Of a DNA stretch of 64,000 bases, positions 9,315-18,774 are shown piece after piece. The notes beneath the pieces were generated by a model. The model was given only the letters and a program-made list of their open reading frames with translations, was not told the DNA's origin and ran no database searches. Positions within the stretch are counted from its first letter, which is position 1; each line of letters begins with the position of its first letter. A program made the position numbers and the translations under genes. This DNA comes from Nitrospirota bacterium (GTDB lineage: Bacteria; Nitrospirota; UBA9217), in the NCBI GenBank assembly GCA_035623825.1, contig DASPSR010000065.1, forward strand, positions 17,224 through 81,223. Reading direction: 5' to 3'.

Positions 9315-10895
9315 ATGCGAGCGGGAAGATATCTGACGATCATTCTTTTGCTGCTTATTCCCCCGGCTGCCATGGGAAATGACCTGGGGCTCATCAGATT
9401 GAGCTTGGTCGAGGGAGACGTGCAGATCGTGGTCCAGGACACGACGGACTGGACCGAGGCCGCGATCAATCTGCCCCTGAATGAAGGAGACCGTCTGTGG
9501 ATTCCCGAAAACGGCAGGGCTGAACTCCAGATCCAGGGCGGTGTCTACGTACGGGCTGCTGGAAATACGTCACTGGATGTTCTCACGGCAAGCCGCGATT
9601 CGGCGCAGTTCTTTGTCAGCCTGGGCCATATCTACATCAGCAACCGGCGGGGCGGAATCAAAACCGTCCAGGTCGATACGCCGTTTTCATCCCTTCGCAG
9701 TTATGATAACTCCATCATGATGATCGACATTTCAGAGGAAGGCGTAACCGAGGTTTCGGTGCTCAAAGGCTATGTCTACGCCGAAAGCAGGGCCGGAGCC
9801 ACGCAAGTAACCGCAGGCAACACCCTGACGATCCGTGGAGAGGACAATGCCGAACTAGCGCCAATCGGCTCGCCCGATGACTGGGAGCGGTGGAATATGG
9901 AGCGGGACCAGCGTCTCAACGCTTGGAGCGAGAGCTCCCGCTATCTTCCCGACGAGCTCCATGAATACGCATCCGACTTCGATAGCAATGGTCGATGGGA
10001 CTACGCAAGCGACTATGGATACGTCTGGGTGCCTGCCGTAACGACAGCCAGTTGGGCACCCTATACCTACGGGAGATGGGTCTGGATCAGGGGCAGCTAT
10101 GTATGGGTCGACCATGACCATTGGGGCTGGGCGCCCTGCCATTACGGCCGCTGGGTATTCATTCCAGCACGCGGCTGGTGCTGGGTGCCGCCGTCGAGAG
10201 GGGCCGTTTACTGGGGGCCTGGATATGTAGGCTGGACCGTGACACCAAGCTACGTGGCGTGGGTCCCTCTGGCGCCCGGTGAGACCTATTACGGATATGG
10301 GTATTACGGTCCCTGGAGCGTGAATGTCGCCACCGTCAACATCAATAAGGTGACGGCGAACCGTACCTACGTGAACGCAAGGGTCAACAATGCGGTCATG
10401 GTCGTACAGCGGGACAGCTTCGGCACCGGCAGGAGGGTGCCGATGAAGGTCGATGAGAACCCTTTTCTCGAGCGAAGACAGCAGCCTGTACGGGATGTCA
10501 CGGCTGCTCCACCCCGCGTAAGACCGGAACACCCCATCGTTCTTGTTCCGCCCGAGGCCCGGGAACATGAACGTCAGGCGCCTCACGAAGGGGAGCGGGA
10601 ACGGATGCCCGGCGAGGTTCCCGAAACCCAGCGCCCCGCACCCGCGGTTTCACTCGCAACGAGGCCTGAACAGCATCTTCCTCCTGAACAGGTGAGAAGG
10701 TCACGTCCGGAGGAACTGAAGAATGAACGCAGGCTGGTGCAAGAGCGGGAAGCATCGGTTTTCAAGACACAGCCGCCGGAAAACCTGAAGGTCAGAAAAT
10801 CGAATGAACCCAAGGTGATCAACAGAAAGCCAGTGAAACAGCAGCCGCAGAAAAATGACGGACAAGTTCAGCATGAAGAACATCGGGTGCATTGA
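9315..10895 (+). CDS. Secreted FecR-domain protein with Trp/Gly/Tyr/Pro-rich (DUF6600-like) region and disordered tail
   Basis: RLSLVEGDV...INLPLNEGDRLW..GRAELQ; YGYVWVP, WAPYTYGRW, WGWAPCHYGRW, WVPLAPGE. Confidence 0.8.
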   Translation: MRAGRYLTIILLLLIPPAAMGNDLGLIRLSLVEGDVQIVVQDTTDWTEAAINLPLNEGDRLWIPENGRAELQIQGGVYVRAAGNTSLDVLTASRDSAQFFVSLGHIYISNRRGGIKTVQVDTPFSSLRSYDNSIMMIDISEEGVTEVSVLKGYVYAESRAGATQVTAGNTLTIRGEDNAELAPIGSPDDWERWNMERDQRLNAWSESSRYLPDELHEYASDFDSNGRWDYASDYGYVWVPAVTTASWAPYTYGRWVWIRGSYVWVDHDHWGWAPCHYGRWVFIPARGWCWVPPSRGAVYWGPGYVGWTVTPSYVAWVPLAPGETYYGYGYYGPWSVNVATVNINKVTANRTYVNARVNNAVMVVQRDSFGTGRRVPMKVDENPFLERRQQPVRDVTAAPPRVRPEHPIVLVPPEAREHERQAPHEGERERMPGEVPETQRPAPAVSLATRPEQHLPPEQVRRSRPEELKNERRLVQEREASVFKTQPPENLKVRKSNEPKVINRKPVKQQPQKNDGQVQHEEHRVH

Positions 10896-11077
10896 CCAGA
10901 CAAACTGAAAAAACGAGCATAAACCTTTCAAACTCAAAATGCGCGGGCTAAAACGACGACTCTCTCAATTGCCCGGCCGAATACATGTCCCCATACCCTA
11001 AGCCGGGTTTCGATGTCATTGCTGGGCTGGTCGGCGTTCGGAGTTTCTTGCTTTTCATATTCGCCGGAGGAGGGCTT

Positions 11078-11953
11078 ATGAAGATCGGTTTCATTGGACT
11101 AGGCATCATGGGAAGTCGTATGGCGGCCAATTTGCAAAAGAAAGGCCATGAACTTGTCGTCTATAACAGGACAAAAGTGAAGGCAGATCCGCTCATTGCG
11201 AGCGGCGCCGTCTGGGCGCCGACCCCCGCGGATGTGGCGAAAAAGGTTAGAATCATCTTTACCATGCTAGGGAAACCCGATGCCGTGGCGGAAACCGCGC
11301 TACTCGGCAAGGACGGTTTCCTGAACCATCTAGTCGACAATCCGCTCTGGATCGATTGCAGCACGGTGAACCCTTCTTTTTCCCGTCTTATGGCGGACGA
11401 AGCAAAACGGCGGAAGGTCAGGTTCATCGATGCGCCTGTCGGCGGATCCAAAGGTCCGGCGGAACAGGGGCAGATCCTGTTCTTCGTCGGTGGCGATAAG
11501 GCGGACGTGGACGAAGCGAGGCCGTTCCTCGAGGCCATGGGCAAGGCAGTGTATCATGTGGGCGGAAACGGCATGGGGTCGGCAATGAAGATGGTAAACA
11601 ATCTGATCCTTGCGCAGGCCATGGTCGCCTTTTCCGAAGCCGTTGTACTCGGCGATTCCATCGGCATCCCCAAAGACGTGCTGTTCAATACCCTCCTCGG
11701 GTCGCCGGTCGTAGCGCCGTTTTTGATGTTCAAAAGATCCAAAATCGAGGAAGGAAAATTCGACGCGGAATTCCCGCTCCAGTGGATGCACAAAGACATG
11801 CAGCTTGCAGCCGAGACAGCCTACGAGCTCGGCGTTGCCATGCCTGCCGCCAATGTGACGAAAGAGGTATACGCTCTCGCTTTGCGGAACGGGTTGGGAG
11901 GGCATGATTTCTCGGCGGTGTACAAGCTATTGAGTGAGAGGAAGCAGGCTTGA
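11078..11953 (+). CDS. NAD(P)-dependent oxidoreductase, 3-hydroxyisobutyrate/beta-hydroxyacid dehydrogenase family
   Basis: IGFIGLGIMG, FIDAPVGGS, catalytic Lys in MKMVNN, KDMQLA; GGAGG RBS. Confidence 0.92.
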   Translation: MKIGFIGLGIMGSRMAANLQKKGHELVVYNRTKVKADPLIASGAVWAPTPADVAKKVRIIFTMLGKPDAVAETALLGKDGFLNHLVDNPLWIDCSTVNPSFSRLMADEAKRRKVRFIDAPVGGSKGPAEQGQILFFVGGDKADVDEARPFLEAMGKAVYHVGGNGMGSAMKMVNNLILAQAMVAFSEAVVLGDSIGIPKDVLFNTLLGSPVVAPFLMFKRSKIEEGKFDAEFPLQWMHKDMQLAAETAYELGVAMPAANVTKEVYALALRNGLGGHDFSAVYKLLSERKQA

Positions 11954-12084
11954 CATGTGTCGATGCTGTCTAGCGCGACAGCTCTTTCGGTCCGAGATGA
12001 AGCCTTTTCGCTTATCGCGCTAGCAAAGGTCCCGTCAATTTTTGTGCTGTTTTGGCGTCGTGGCAGTGACGGTGCTCGCATGTC

Positions 12085-13275
12085 TCATGCCTTTTCGCGA
12101 GCCTCATACCCCCACTTGGCAAGGGCTGATACGATCTCTTCAAGATGTTTCCTGCCGCGTATCTCTACGGTAAAGGACACCCTCGTCTTGCCCATTGGGA
12201 TGTCGCCTGAAAATCGGTCATGCATGACATGCAGGATATTCGCCCTCTGGGTTGCCATAATGCCGGCAACGGAGCAAAGGCTTCCGGGATGATCGGCAAT
12301 CATCACCTCGAACACACCGACCCTGCCGCTCGTCACGAGACCCTTCCGGATGATCCGGTCCATGATGGAGAAATCGATGTTTCCGCCGCTCAAAACGAGG
12401 ACAAGCCGCTTGCCCCGGAACCGCTCCCTGTTTTCCAGCAGGGCCGCCAGCGTCACTGCGCCTGCGCCCTCGACGACCAGTTTTTTCCGTTCGAGAAAGA
12501 GGAGGATCGCCTGCGCAATGGAGTCTTCATGGACTATGGTCATGTCATCTACGTATTCGCTGATAACCTCAAACGTCCGCTCGCCGACCCTGTTGACGGC
12601 GATCCCATCTGCGATCGTAGGGAGCGGTACTTGTTCGACTATCTTTTTTTTATTGAACGACATGGCCGCAGAGGAAGCTGATTCGGCTTGAACGCCGATC
12701 ACTTCGGTCCCGGGGGAGCGCGCTTTCACCGCCGTCGCGATACCTGCGATGAGACCGCCGCCGCCCACAGGCACGAGCACCGCATCGATGTCTTCCAGTT
12801 CATCGAGTATCTCCAGACCGATGGTCCCCTGGCCCGCCATGACTTTCTCGTCATCGAACGCATGTATGAAGACGTGGCCCGTAAGGGAAATCGCATGGCC
12901 GAGGGCATCGCCGAACTTTTCTCCGAAGAGCACCACCTCCGCACCGTATCCCTGTGTTGCCTCCTGCTTGACGAGCGACGCCGTTGCGGGCATTACGATC
13001 TTCGCGCTTTTTCCGAGTTGCTGCGCGGCAAAAGCCACCGCCTGTGCGTGATTACCCATTGATGCCGCAATGACACGGTCCTCCTTTACGGAGGTCAGCT
13101 TATGAAAAGCGCCCCTCACCTTGAACGATCCTGTTTTCTGGAGGTTTTCCAGCTTTAGATACACTTCGGAACCGGACAGCATACTGAGCGCGTTCGAATG
13201 GATCAGCGGCGTCCTGTGGATGAACGGCCCTATATTTTTCAGTGCATCCTGGATGTCCGTTAAGCTGATCATCAA
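12085..13275 (-). CDS. ilvA: Threonine ammonia-lyase with C-terminal ACT domain
   Basis: ENLQKTGSFKVRGA (PLP Lys), GNHAQ, PVGGGGL, VLSGGNID, DHPGSL ACT motif. Confidence 0.88.
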   Translation of the reverse strand: MMISLTDIQDALKNIGPFIHRTPLIHSNALSMLSGSEVYLKLENLQKTGSFKVRGAFHKLTSVKEDRVIAASMGNHAQAVAFAAQQLGKSAKIVMPATASLVKQEATQGYGAEVVLFGEKFGDALGHAISLTGHVFIHAFDDEKVMAGQGTIGLEILDELEDIDAVLVPVGGGGLIAGIATAVKARSPGTEVIGVQAESASSAAMSFNKKKIVEQVPLPTIADGIAVNRVGERTFEVISEYVDDMTIVHEDSIAQAILLFLERKKLVVEGAGAVTLAALLENRERFRGKRLVLVLSGGNIDFSIMDRIIRKGLVTSGRVGVFEVMIADHPGSLCSVAGIMATQRANILHVMHDRFSGDIPMGKTRVSFTVEIRGRKHLEEIVSALAKWGYEAREKA

Positions 13276-13582
13276 GAATCCTCATGAAGACACTGACGAA
13301 GCACGTCGAGCACTGTCGTGCAATGGCGGGAGTCTCGAAATTCGGAATATGGTGTAATTATAGCAGAGCTTTGAGAGGAGAGGGCGAAGAGGGGTCAGGG
13401 CCGGCGTCGGAACAACTCAGGGAACAGATGCTTTTTCCGGTGGACGGGGTGCTTTAGCGGGAAGGAGCAGTTTTGGTCCGGTGAATTCCACGTTCTATTG
13501 ACGAATCTTTACAATGAAGGGAGCTCTTTCGGGGAAAATACTCAGCCAATAGCGGTGCTTTCCCGGTCATCCTTTTTTCGCA

Positions 13583-16500
13583 TCAGCTGTCAAGCGCAAG
13601 ATTCACCACCTCCAGAAGGGTATTAACAGCGAAAGGTTTTATGATGAAGTTCAATCCCTCATCGGGGACCCCTTTTCCCTGTACGCGGTCTGCCTCATAT
13701 TCGCTCACAAATATCGCCTTGACAGCGGGTTTCATGCCCTTTATCTCTTCAAATAACTCTTTGCCGTTCTTCTTCGACATCATCACATCAGAAATGAGGA
13801 GTCGAATCTTATCCCTGTTCTCCGTGAATTTTTTCAGGGCGTCCTCCCCGTCCTGCGCCATGATGACCGCAAACCCGAATTCCTGAAGCATATCTCTGAT
13901 CAATCCCCTGATGGCCTCATCTTCGCCTGCAACGAGAATGGTTTTTCTAGTTTCTGCGGCAGAAACCTCATCCCTAATGGCTTCGCCATCTTCAGCCACA
14001 GGTATGGCCTCCCTGTCCTCTGCGGTGGAAACCGGCTCCCCGGCGGCATCGTCTTCGCTCTCCACAGGAACGGCCTCCCTGTCCTCTGCCATGGAAACCA
14101 GCTCCCCGGCGGCATCGTCTTCGCTCTCCACAGGAACGGCCTCCCTGTCCTCTGCCATGGAAACCAGCTCCCCTGCGGCATCGTCTTCGCTCTCCACAGG
14201 AACGGCCTCCCTGTCCCCTGCGGCGGGGAACGCGTCAGCCGGTGTCGATTCCGAAATTTCTGCCTTAACAGCGGGAAGATAGATCACGAATGTTGTTCCC
14301 TTGCCGACCTCGCTCACAACATCGATATATCCGTTGTGCTGTTTTACCATGCCGTACACCATTGCGAGCCCCATCCCCTTGCCGGATTCTTCGGCCTTCA
14401 AGAACGGCTCGTATATCTTTTGCCTGGTCTTCTCATCCATGCCGGTGCCGGAATCTGATATGAAAATCATCGCATATTTCCCCGGCCTGCTCCCGGGGTG
14501 CGTCCTGACGAACTCATCGTCCAGATCGACAACGTCGGTATCAATATGCAGGGTGCCGCCGTCCGGCATTGAGTTCCGGGCGTTGGTGACGAGCTGTATC
14601 AAGGCCTGCTCGATCTGCCCGGAGTCAGCCTGAACTGTGGCGTCCTTGTCGGTCAGGTCGGCCATGAGCCAAACGTCCTCGCCGACCAACTGTGCGAGGG
14701 ACGGCCCCAGCTTATTTATTATTTCGTTGATGTCCACCGGCTGATGATTGCCGATCTGCTTCCCGCCCTCCGCCTGCAGATCCCGCGACTGCTGTTCGGC
14801 GCTGCTCGCCTGAGAGAGGGTTTGATCGACATCATTCCGGAGACGATCATCAGGCGGCGACATCGTCATGTTCAGCAGGTCCTCGTAGCCGATGCTTGCC
14901 CTTGGGATATTATCAACATCGCCGGTGATGCCTCCCGTGAGGACACCGCTGGGTTCCCTGCTTATTGTCTGCCGAAGCTGGTCCTCCAATTGTTTGCGTT
15001 CCGAGATGTCCAGACCAACTCCCACGAGGTACGTTTTGGTATCCCTGCTCATTCGGTGTCCTGATAAAAGGAAAGGTATCGCCATTCCGCTCTTTGTCGT
15101 CAGCCTCGCTTCCACCGCGGCACTGCCGGTGTTGAATACTTGCTCCATGGCCTTAGCAACGGTTTCCCGGTCCTCCCTGAAGAGATCGAGCACGTTCATG
15201 TGCATCAGTTCATCGACGGAATATCCGGTCACTTCTTTCCCATTGTCGTGCCATCGGGTCAGCCTGCCGCTCTCATCGCAGATCCAGAATATGCCTGGGA
15301 AACTTCTGATGACTGCATCAGAAAAGCTCTTCTCCTGGAGGATCGCCTCCCTGGTATGCTCGCGCTCGGTGACGTCTATGCCGGTAAGAATGACGAACTC
15401 AACCGACCCGTCCGGAGCGAGAAGCACGGTATCTGACCACGCGATGTGCTTCCTGCTGCCGTCTTTGGCAACCCAGAGGTTCTCGTGCTTAATCGGATAC
15501 ATCCCCGCAATAAGATTCTTGAAGGTCTTCCTGATCGATTCTATCTGCTCCGTGGGCAGCAGGAAGTCCCAGACTTGCTTGCCCTGTGCCTCTTCAAAGG
15601 TGTATCCGGAAGCCTCCTCACAGGCCCGGTTGAAGTGGACGATCTTCCCCTGCCGGTTGAGGACCAGGACCATAGAGCCGGTGGTCTCCAACACTGCGGC
15701 GGTGAAGTCAAGCTCTCTCTTGAGCGCCTCTTCCGTTCTCTTCCATTCGGTGGTGTCATTTAGTGTTTCGATGACAACGGACAACTCGCCTCTGCTGTTG
15801 TAGACAGGGGCCGCGTCGATGACGATATACCGCTCCATTCCGTTCAGGTTCTGATACCAGCCTTCCGCCTGAAATCCGTTCGTGATAAAAGCAGAGCGCT
15901 TGAAAGTACCAAAGAGGGAAGGCAGCTGGCCAAAGGCGCCATCAATGATGATATCAGCGAGTGTGGGCCGTTTTTTTTCATAGAACACTTTCCAGTGACT
16001 GTCGGTGCCCACGATATCCATGGCGGGAATTCCCGTCAGCTCTTCACAGGCGCGGTTCCAGAGCACGACAGTGTGCCGATCATTCAGCACAAAGGTAGCA
16101 GTCGCGGAATTTGCCACAATGTCAGCTGCATATCTCTTCTGTTCGAGGATCTCCTCTTCGGCCTGTTTGCGCGCGGTAAAATCGCGGGCGATCCCGAGCA
16201 AGGCGATTATTTCATCCTCATCATCGCGCAGCGGAACAGCATGCATCTCCAGCCAGAGCCGTCGTCCTCTGATACCCATTATCTCAAAGGTGAGAGCGGC
16301 CCGTTTGCCCTCGAAGACTTCTTTGGCAATCTTTCTGAAGGTGTTGCGGTATGCCGGCAAAACAAGCGGATAGATCGATCTGCCTTTCACCTGCTCGAAA
16401 TCATCCGCCTGGATCATGGAGAGACCTGCTCGATTCACCATCATGAAGTCGCCCGCTGCATCAATGAGCGTGATACACTCGGGTTCAGTCTCGACGACCG

Positions 16501-16960
16501 CCTGAATGAACTTCTTGTTCCTGTTCAGCTCCGCCTCTATCTGCCCGCGACCGGTGATATCGTGGACCATGGTAAGGACGCCGACGACCTTCCCTCCTGC
16601 ATTGCGGAGCGGCGTGTTGTACCATTCGCAGATGAGCTGTTTCCCGTCCCTGGAGATGTTTTTCTTCACCGAGCTCGTCGATTCACCGTCCCTCAGGAGC
16701 TGTTCCCACATCGCATTGGCGGACGGCTGCATATCCGGAGGCACAATCAGCTTATGGGCATGTTTCCCTCGCGCCTCATTAGCCGACCACCCGAAGATCA
16801 TCTCTGCGGCGGCGTTCCACCCTTGAACGTGGAATTTGCTGTCCCAGACGATGTAGCCGTGTAGCATGTTATTTTTAGCAATATTCTGCTTTGCATTATT
16901 ACGGCCATACGGTCTTTCTTTTTGTCCATGCCTGCTTTGTGCCATACGATAAAACTCCAA
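13583..16960 (-). CDS. Multi-PAS hybrid histidine kinase-receiver protein with degenerate H-box; start uncertain
   Basis: Five PAS/PAC units, HisKA-like segment lacking His, HATPase (N, G1, F, G2 boxes), C-terminal REC (LISDVMM...KPF). Confidence 0.85.
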   Translation of the reverse strand: MEFYRMAQSRHGQKERPYGRNNAKQNIAKNNMLHGYIVWDSKFHVQGWNAAAEMIFGWSANEARGKHAHKLIVPPDMQPSANAMWEQLLRDGESTSSVKKNISRDGKQLICEWYNTPLRNAGGKVVGVLTMVHDITGRGQIEAELNRNKKFIQAVVETEPECITLIDAAGDFMMVNRAGLSMIQADDFEQVKGRSIYPLVLPAYRNTFRKIAKEVFEGKRAALTFEIMGIRGRRLWLEMHAVPLRDDEDEIIALLGIARDFTARKQAEEEILEQKRYAADIVANSATATFVLNDRHTVVLWNRACEELTGIPAMDIVGTDSHWKVFYEKKRPTLADIIIDGAFGQLPSLFGTFKRSAFITNGFQAEGWYQNLNGMERYIVIDAAPVYNSRGELSVVIETLNDTTEWKRTEEALKRELDFTAAVLETTGSMVLVLNRQGKIVHFNRACEEASGYTFEEAQGKQVWDFLLPTEQIESIRKTFKNLIAGMYPIKHENLWVAKDGSRKHIAWSDTVLLAPDGSVEFVILTGIDVTEREHTREAILQEKSFSDAVIRSFPGIFWICDESGRLTRWHDNGKEVTGYSVDELMHMNVLDLFREDRETVAKAMEQVFNTGSAAVEARLTTKSGMAIPFLLSGHRMSRDTKTYLVGVGLDISERKQLEDQLRQTISREPSGVLTGGITGDVDNIPRASIGYEDLLNMTMSPPDDRLRNDVDQTLSQASSAEQQSRDLQAEGGKQIGNHQPVDINEIINKLGPSLAQLVGEDVWLMADLTDKDATVQADSGQIEQALIQLVTNARNSMPDGGTLHIDTDVVDLDDEFVRTHPGSRPGKYAMIFISDSGTGMDEKTRQKIYEPFLKAEESGKGMGLAMVYGMVKQHNGYIDVVSEVGKGTTFVIYLPAVKAEISESTPADAFPAAGDREAVPVESEDDAAGELVSMAEDREAVPVESEDDAAGELVSMAEDREAVPVESEDDAAGEPVSTAEDREAIPVAEDGEAIRDEVSAAETRKTILVAGEDEAIRGLIRDMLQEFGFAVIMAQDGEDALKKFTENRDKIRLLISDVMMSKKNGKELFEEIKGMKPAVKAIFVSEYEADRVQGKGVPDEGLNFIIKPFAVNTLLEVVNLALDS
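14006..14218. repeat. 66-bp in-frame tandem repeat (about 3 near-identical copies plus degenerate copies) inside the hybrid kinase
   Basis: Unit cggcggcatcgtcttcgctctccacaggaacggcctccctgtcctctgccatggaaaccagctccc at 14041, 14107 and (partial) 14173; encodes DREAVPVESEDDAAGELVSMAE. Confidence 0.95.
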
Positions 16961-17225
16961 AAATACAAAAACTTATATAAAACGTTACCAAAAGAAACAC
17001 TTATTTGCTATTTCATGTATGATTATTTGTTCAAAAGATGTACTTCTTAAGTATAACACATAAGATATTACTTTAGTAATAAAATCGTACTGATACAGGT
17101 GAATATAAATTAGGCAAGAAGCCAGTGGCCTGCTCACATTTGGGCAAGAATTGCTGCACGATTCACTTTGATCAATACAAAAAAACTTGGTTTGGCGGGA
17201 TGCTCTTACAGGTACGGAGACCGCA

Positions 17226-17981
17226 TCAAGGAATTATCCTCTTCCTCATAAGCCTGAACGGGAAAGGCGCAAGCAGACTGACCACAACGATGATCCAGAC
17301 CGTGCTCCAGACCGAGCCGGTGAACGTTCCTTCCGAGAACGTCCTGCAGATGTTCACAAGGTGGTAGAGCGGCGTAAAGACGGCGATGTCGGTGACCAGG
17401 TGTGGCATGGCATCGAGCGGGAAAAAGATGCCCGAGAACAGGAACATTGGCGTCATGAAGAGGGTATAGAAGTAGCTGAATGAATCGATTCCCGGCACGA
17501 TAGCGGCAAAGATGACGGAAATCTCCGCGAAGATAAGGCCGCACAGGAATATGAGCGGGATTGCGAGTACGATGAGCGGGGAATCCACGAGACCGAAGAA
17601 GGCGATTACAATGGTGATGGTGATCCCGAATATCACGCTTTTGGTTGCGCCCCATATCAGCTCTCCGGCCACAAGGTCATCGAGGTTCACCGGCGTGGCG
17701 AGGATCGCATCGAAGGTCTTCTGGAACGTCATCCTGATGTACGTGCCATAGGTGCATTCATACACCGCTGCGAACATGGACGAAGAGGCGATGATCCCCG
17801 GCGCAATAAACCTTATGTACGGCTGGCCATGAATGTCCTTCACGAACGTACCGAGCCCGAGCCCCATGGCCACCAGATAGAGGGCAGGCTCCGCGAAATT
17901 GAGGGCGAAGCTTGTCTTATAGAGCTTGGTATACACAGTCCAGTGGCGCTGCCATACCCTGAAAGCCCTCTTAATCTGCAA
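17226..17981 (-). CDS. ABC-2 type transporter permease (NodJ-like)
   Basis: EPALYLVAMGLGLG, QKTFDAILATP, PMFLFSGIFFP. Confidence 0.88.
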   Translation of the reverse strand: MQIKRAFRVWQRHWTVYTKLYKTSFALNFAEPALYLVAMGLGLGTFVKDIHGQPYIRFIAPGIIASSSMFAAVYECTYGTYIRMTFQKTFDAILATPVNLDDLVAGELIWGATKSVIFGITITIVIAFFGLVDSPLIVLAIPLIFLCGLIFAEISVIFAAIVPGIDSFSYFYTLFMTPMFLFSGIFFPLDAMPHLVTDIAVFTPLYHLVNICRTFSEGTFTGSVWSTVWIIVVVSLLAPFPFRLMRKRIIP

Positions 17982-18702
17982 GACTCCTCCCGGTCAGTAT
18001 GAGATAGACGTCCTCAAGGTTCCCTCCGTGCGCAGCCATAAGGTTCGCTGGTGTGTCCACGGCAACGATCCTGCCTGAATCCATGATCGCTACACGGTCG
18101 CACAGTTTTTCAGCCTCTTCCATGTAGTGTGTTGTGAGCAGGAGGGTGGTGTTCTGGAACTTGAGGTGGTTCAGCTTGTCCCACACCGCGCGTCTGCTGT
18201 GCGGGTCGAGGCCGGTCGTGGGCTCGTCGAGGATCAGGAGGTCGGGGTTGTTGACGAGGGCCCGGGCGAGCAGAAGCCGGTGCTTCATTCCGCCCGAAAG
18301 TTGTTCGATCTTCACATCCGCCTTGTCCTGGAGTTCGACGAACTCGAGGAGTACCCGGGCTAGGCGGACAGCGTCTTTTTTCTGGATATCGAAATACCGC
18401 GCATACACCATCAGGTTCTCAAAAACAGAGAGGTCGGGGTCGAGGTTATTGTCCTGAGGCATGATGCCGATTCGTGATTTTACCAGACTCGGATGCATGG
18501 TCACATCCATGCCGAATACGGTGACCGATCCGGCCGTTGGCGGCAGGAAGCACGAGATGATGCGCATCACGGTGGTCTTGCCGGCCCCGTTCGGGCCGAG
18601 GAACCCGAAACATTCTCCCTGCCTGATTGCGATATCGACTCCATCGACGGCCCGAAGGCCGTTATAGTCTTTGATGAGGCCCTGTGCTTTAACGATGTCC
18701 AA
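17971..18702 (-). CDS. ABC transporter ATP-binding protein (NodI-like)
   Basis: Walker A GPNGAGKT, LSGGM, LILDEPTTGLDP, TTHYMEEAE; overlaps the permease. Confidence 0.92.
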   Translation of the reverse strand: MDIVKAQGLIKDYNGLRAVDGVDIAIRQGECFGFLGPNGAGKTTVMRIISCFLPPTAGSVTVFGMDVTMHPSLVKSRIGIMPQDNNLDPDLSVFENLMVYARYFDIQKKDAVRLARVLLEFVELQDKADVKIEQLSGGMKHRLLLARALVNNPDLLILDEPTTGLDPHSRRAVWDKLNHLKFQNTTLLLTTHYMEEAEKLCDRVAIMDSGRIVAVDTPANLMAAHGGNLEDVYLILTGRSLAD

Positions 18703-18774
18703 CGGTGATCCCTTAACTTCTCTGCATGGAGCACGGCATGGGGAGTCTCAGCCCTCTGCCCGGTGCACCGTGTG

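Noticed and set aside
14006-14218. 66-bp repeats as a CRISPR array
   Set aside because: Units are head-to-tail with no unique spacers, in frame within a gene, and no cas genes are present
17226-18702. nodIJ as evidence of nodulation genes
   Set aside because: NodIJ-like ABC-2 exporters are widespread and no nodABC genes are present
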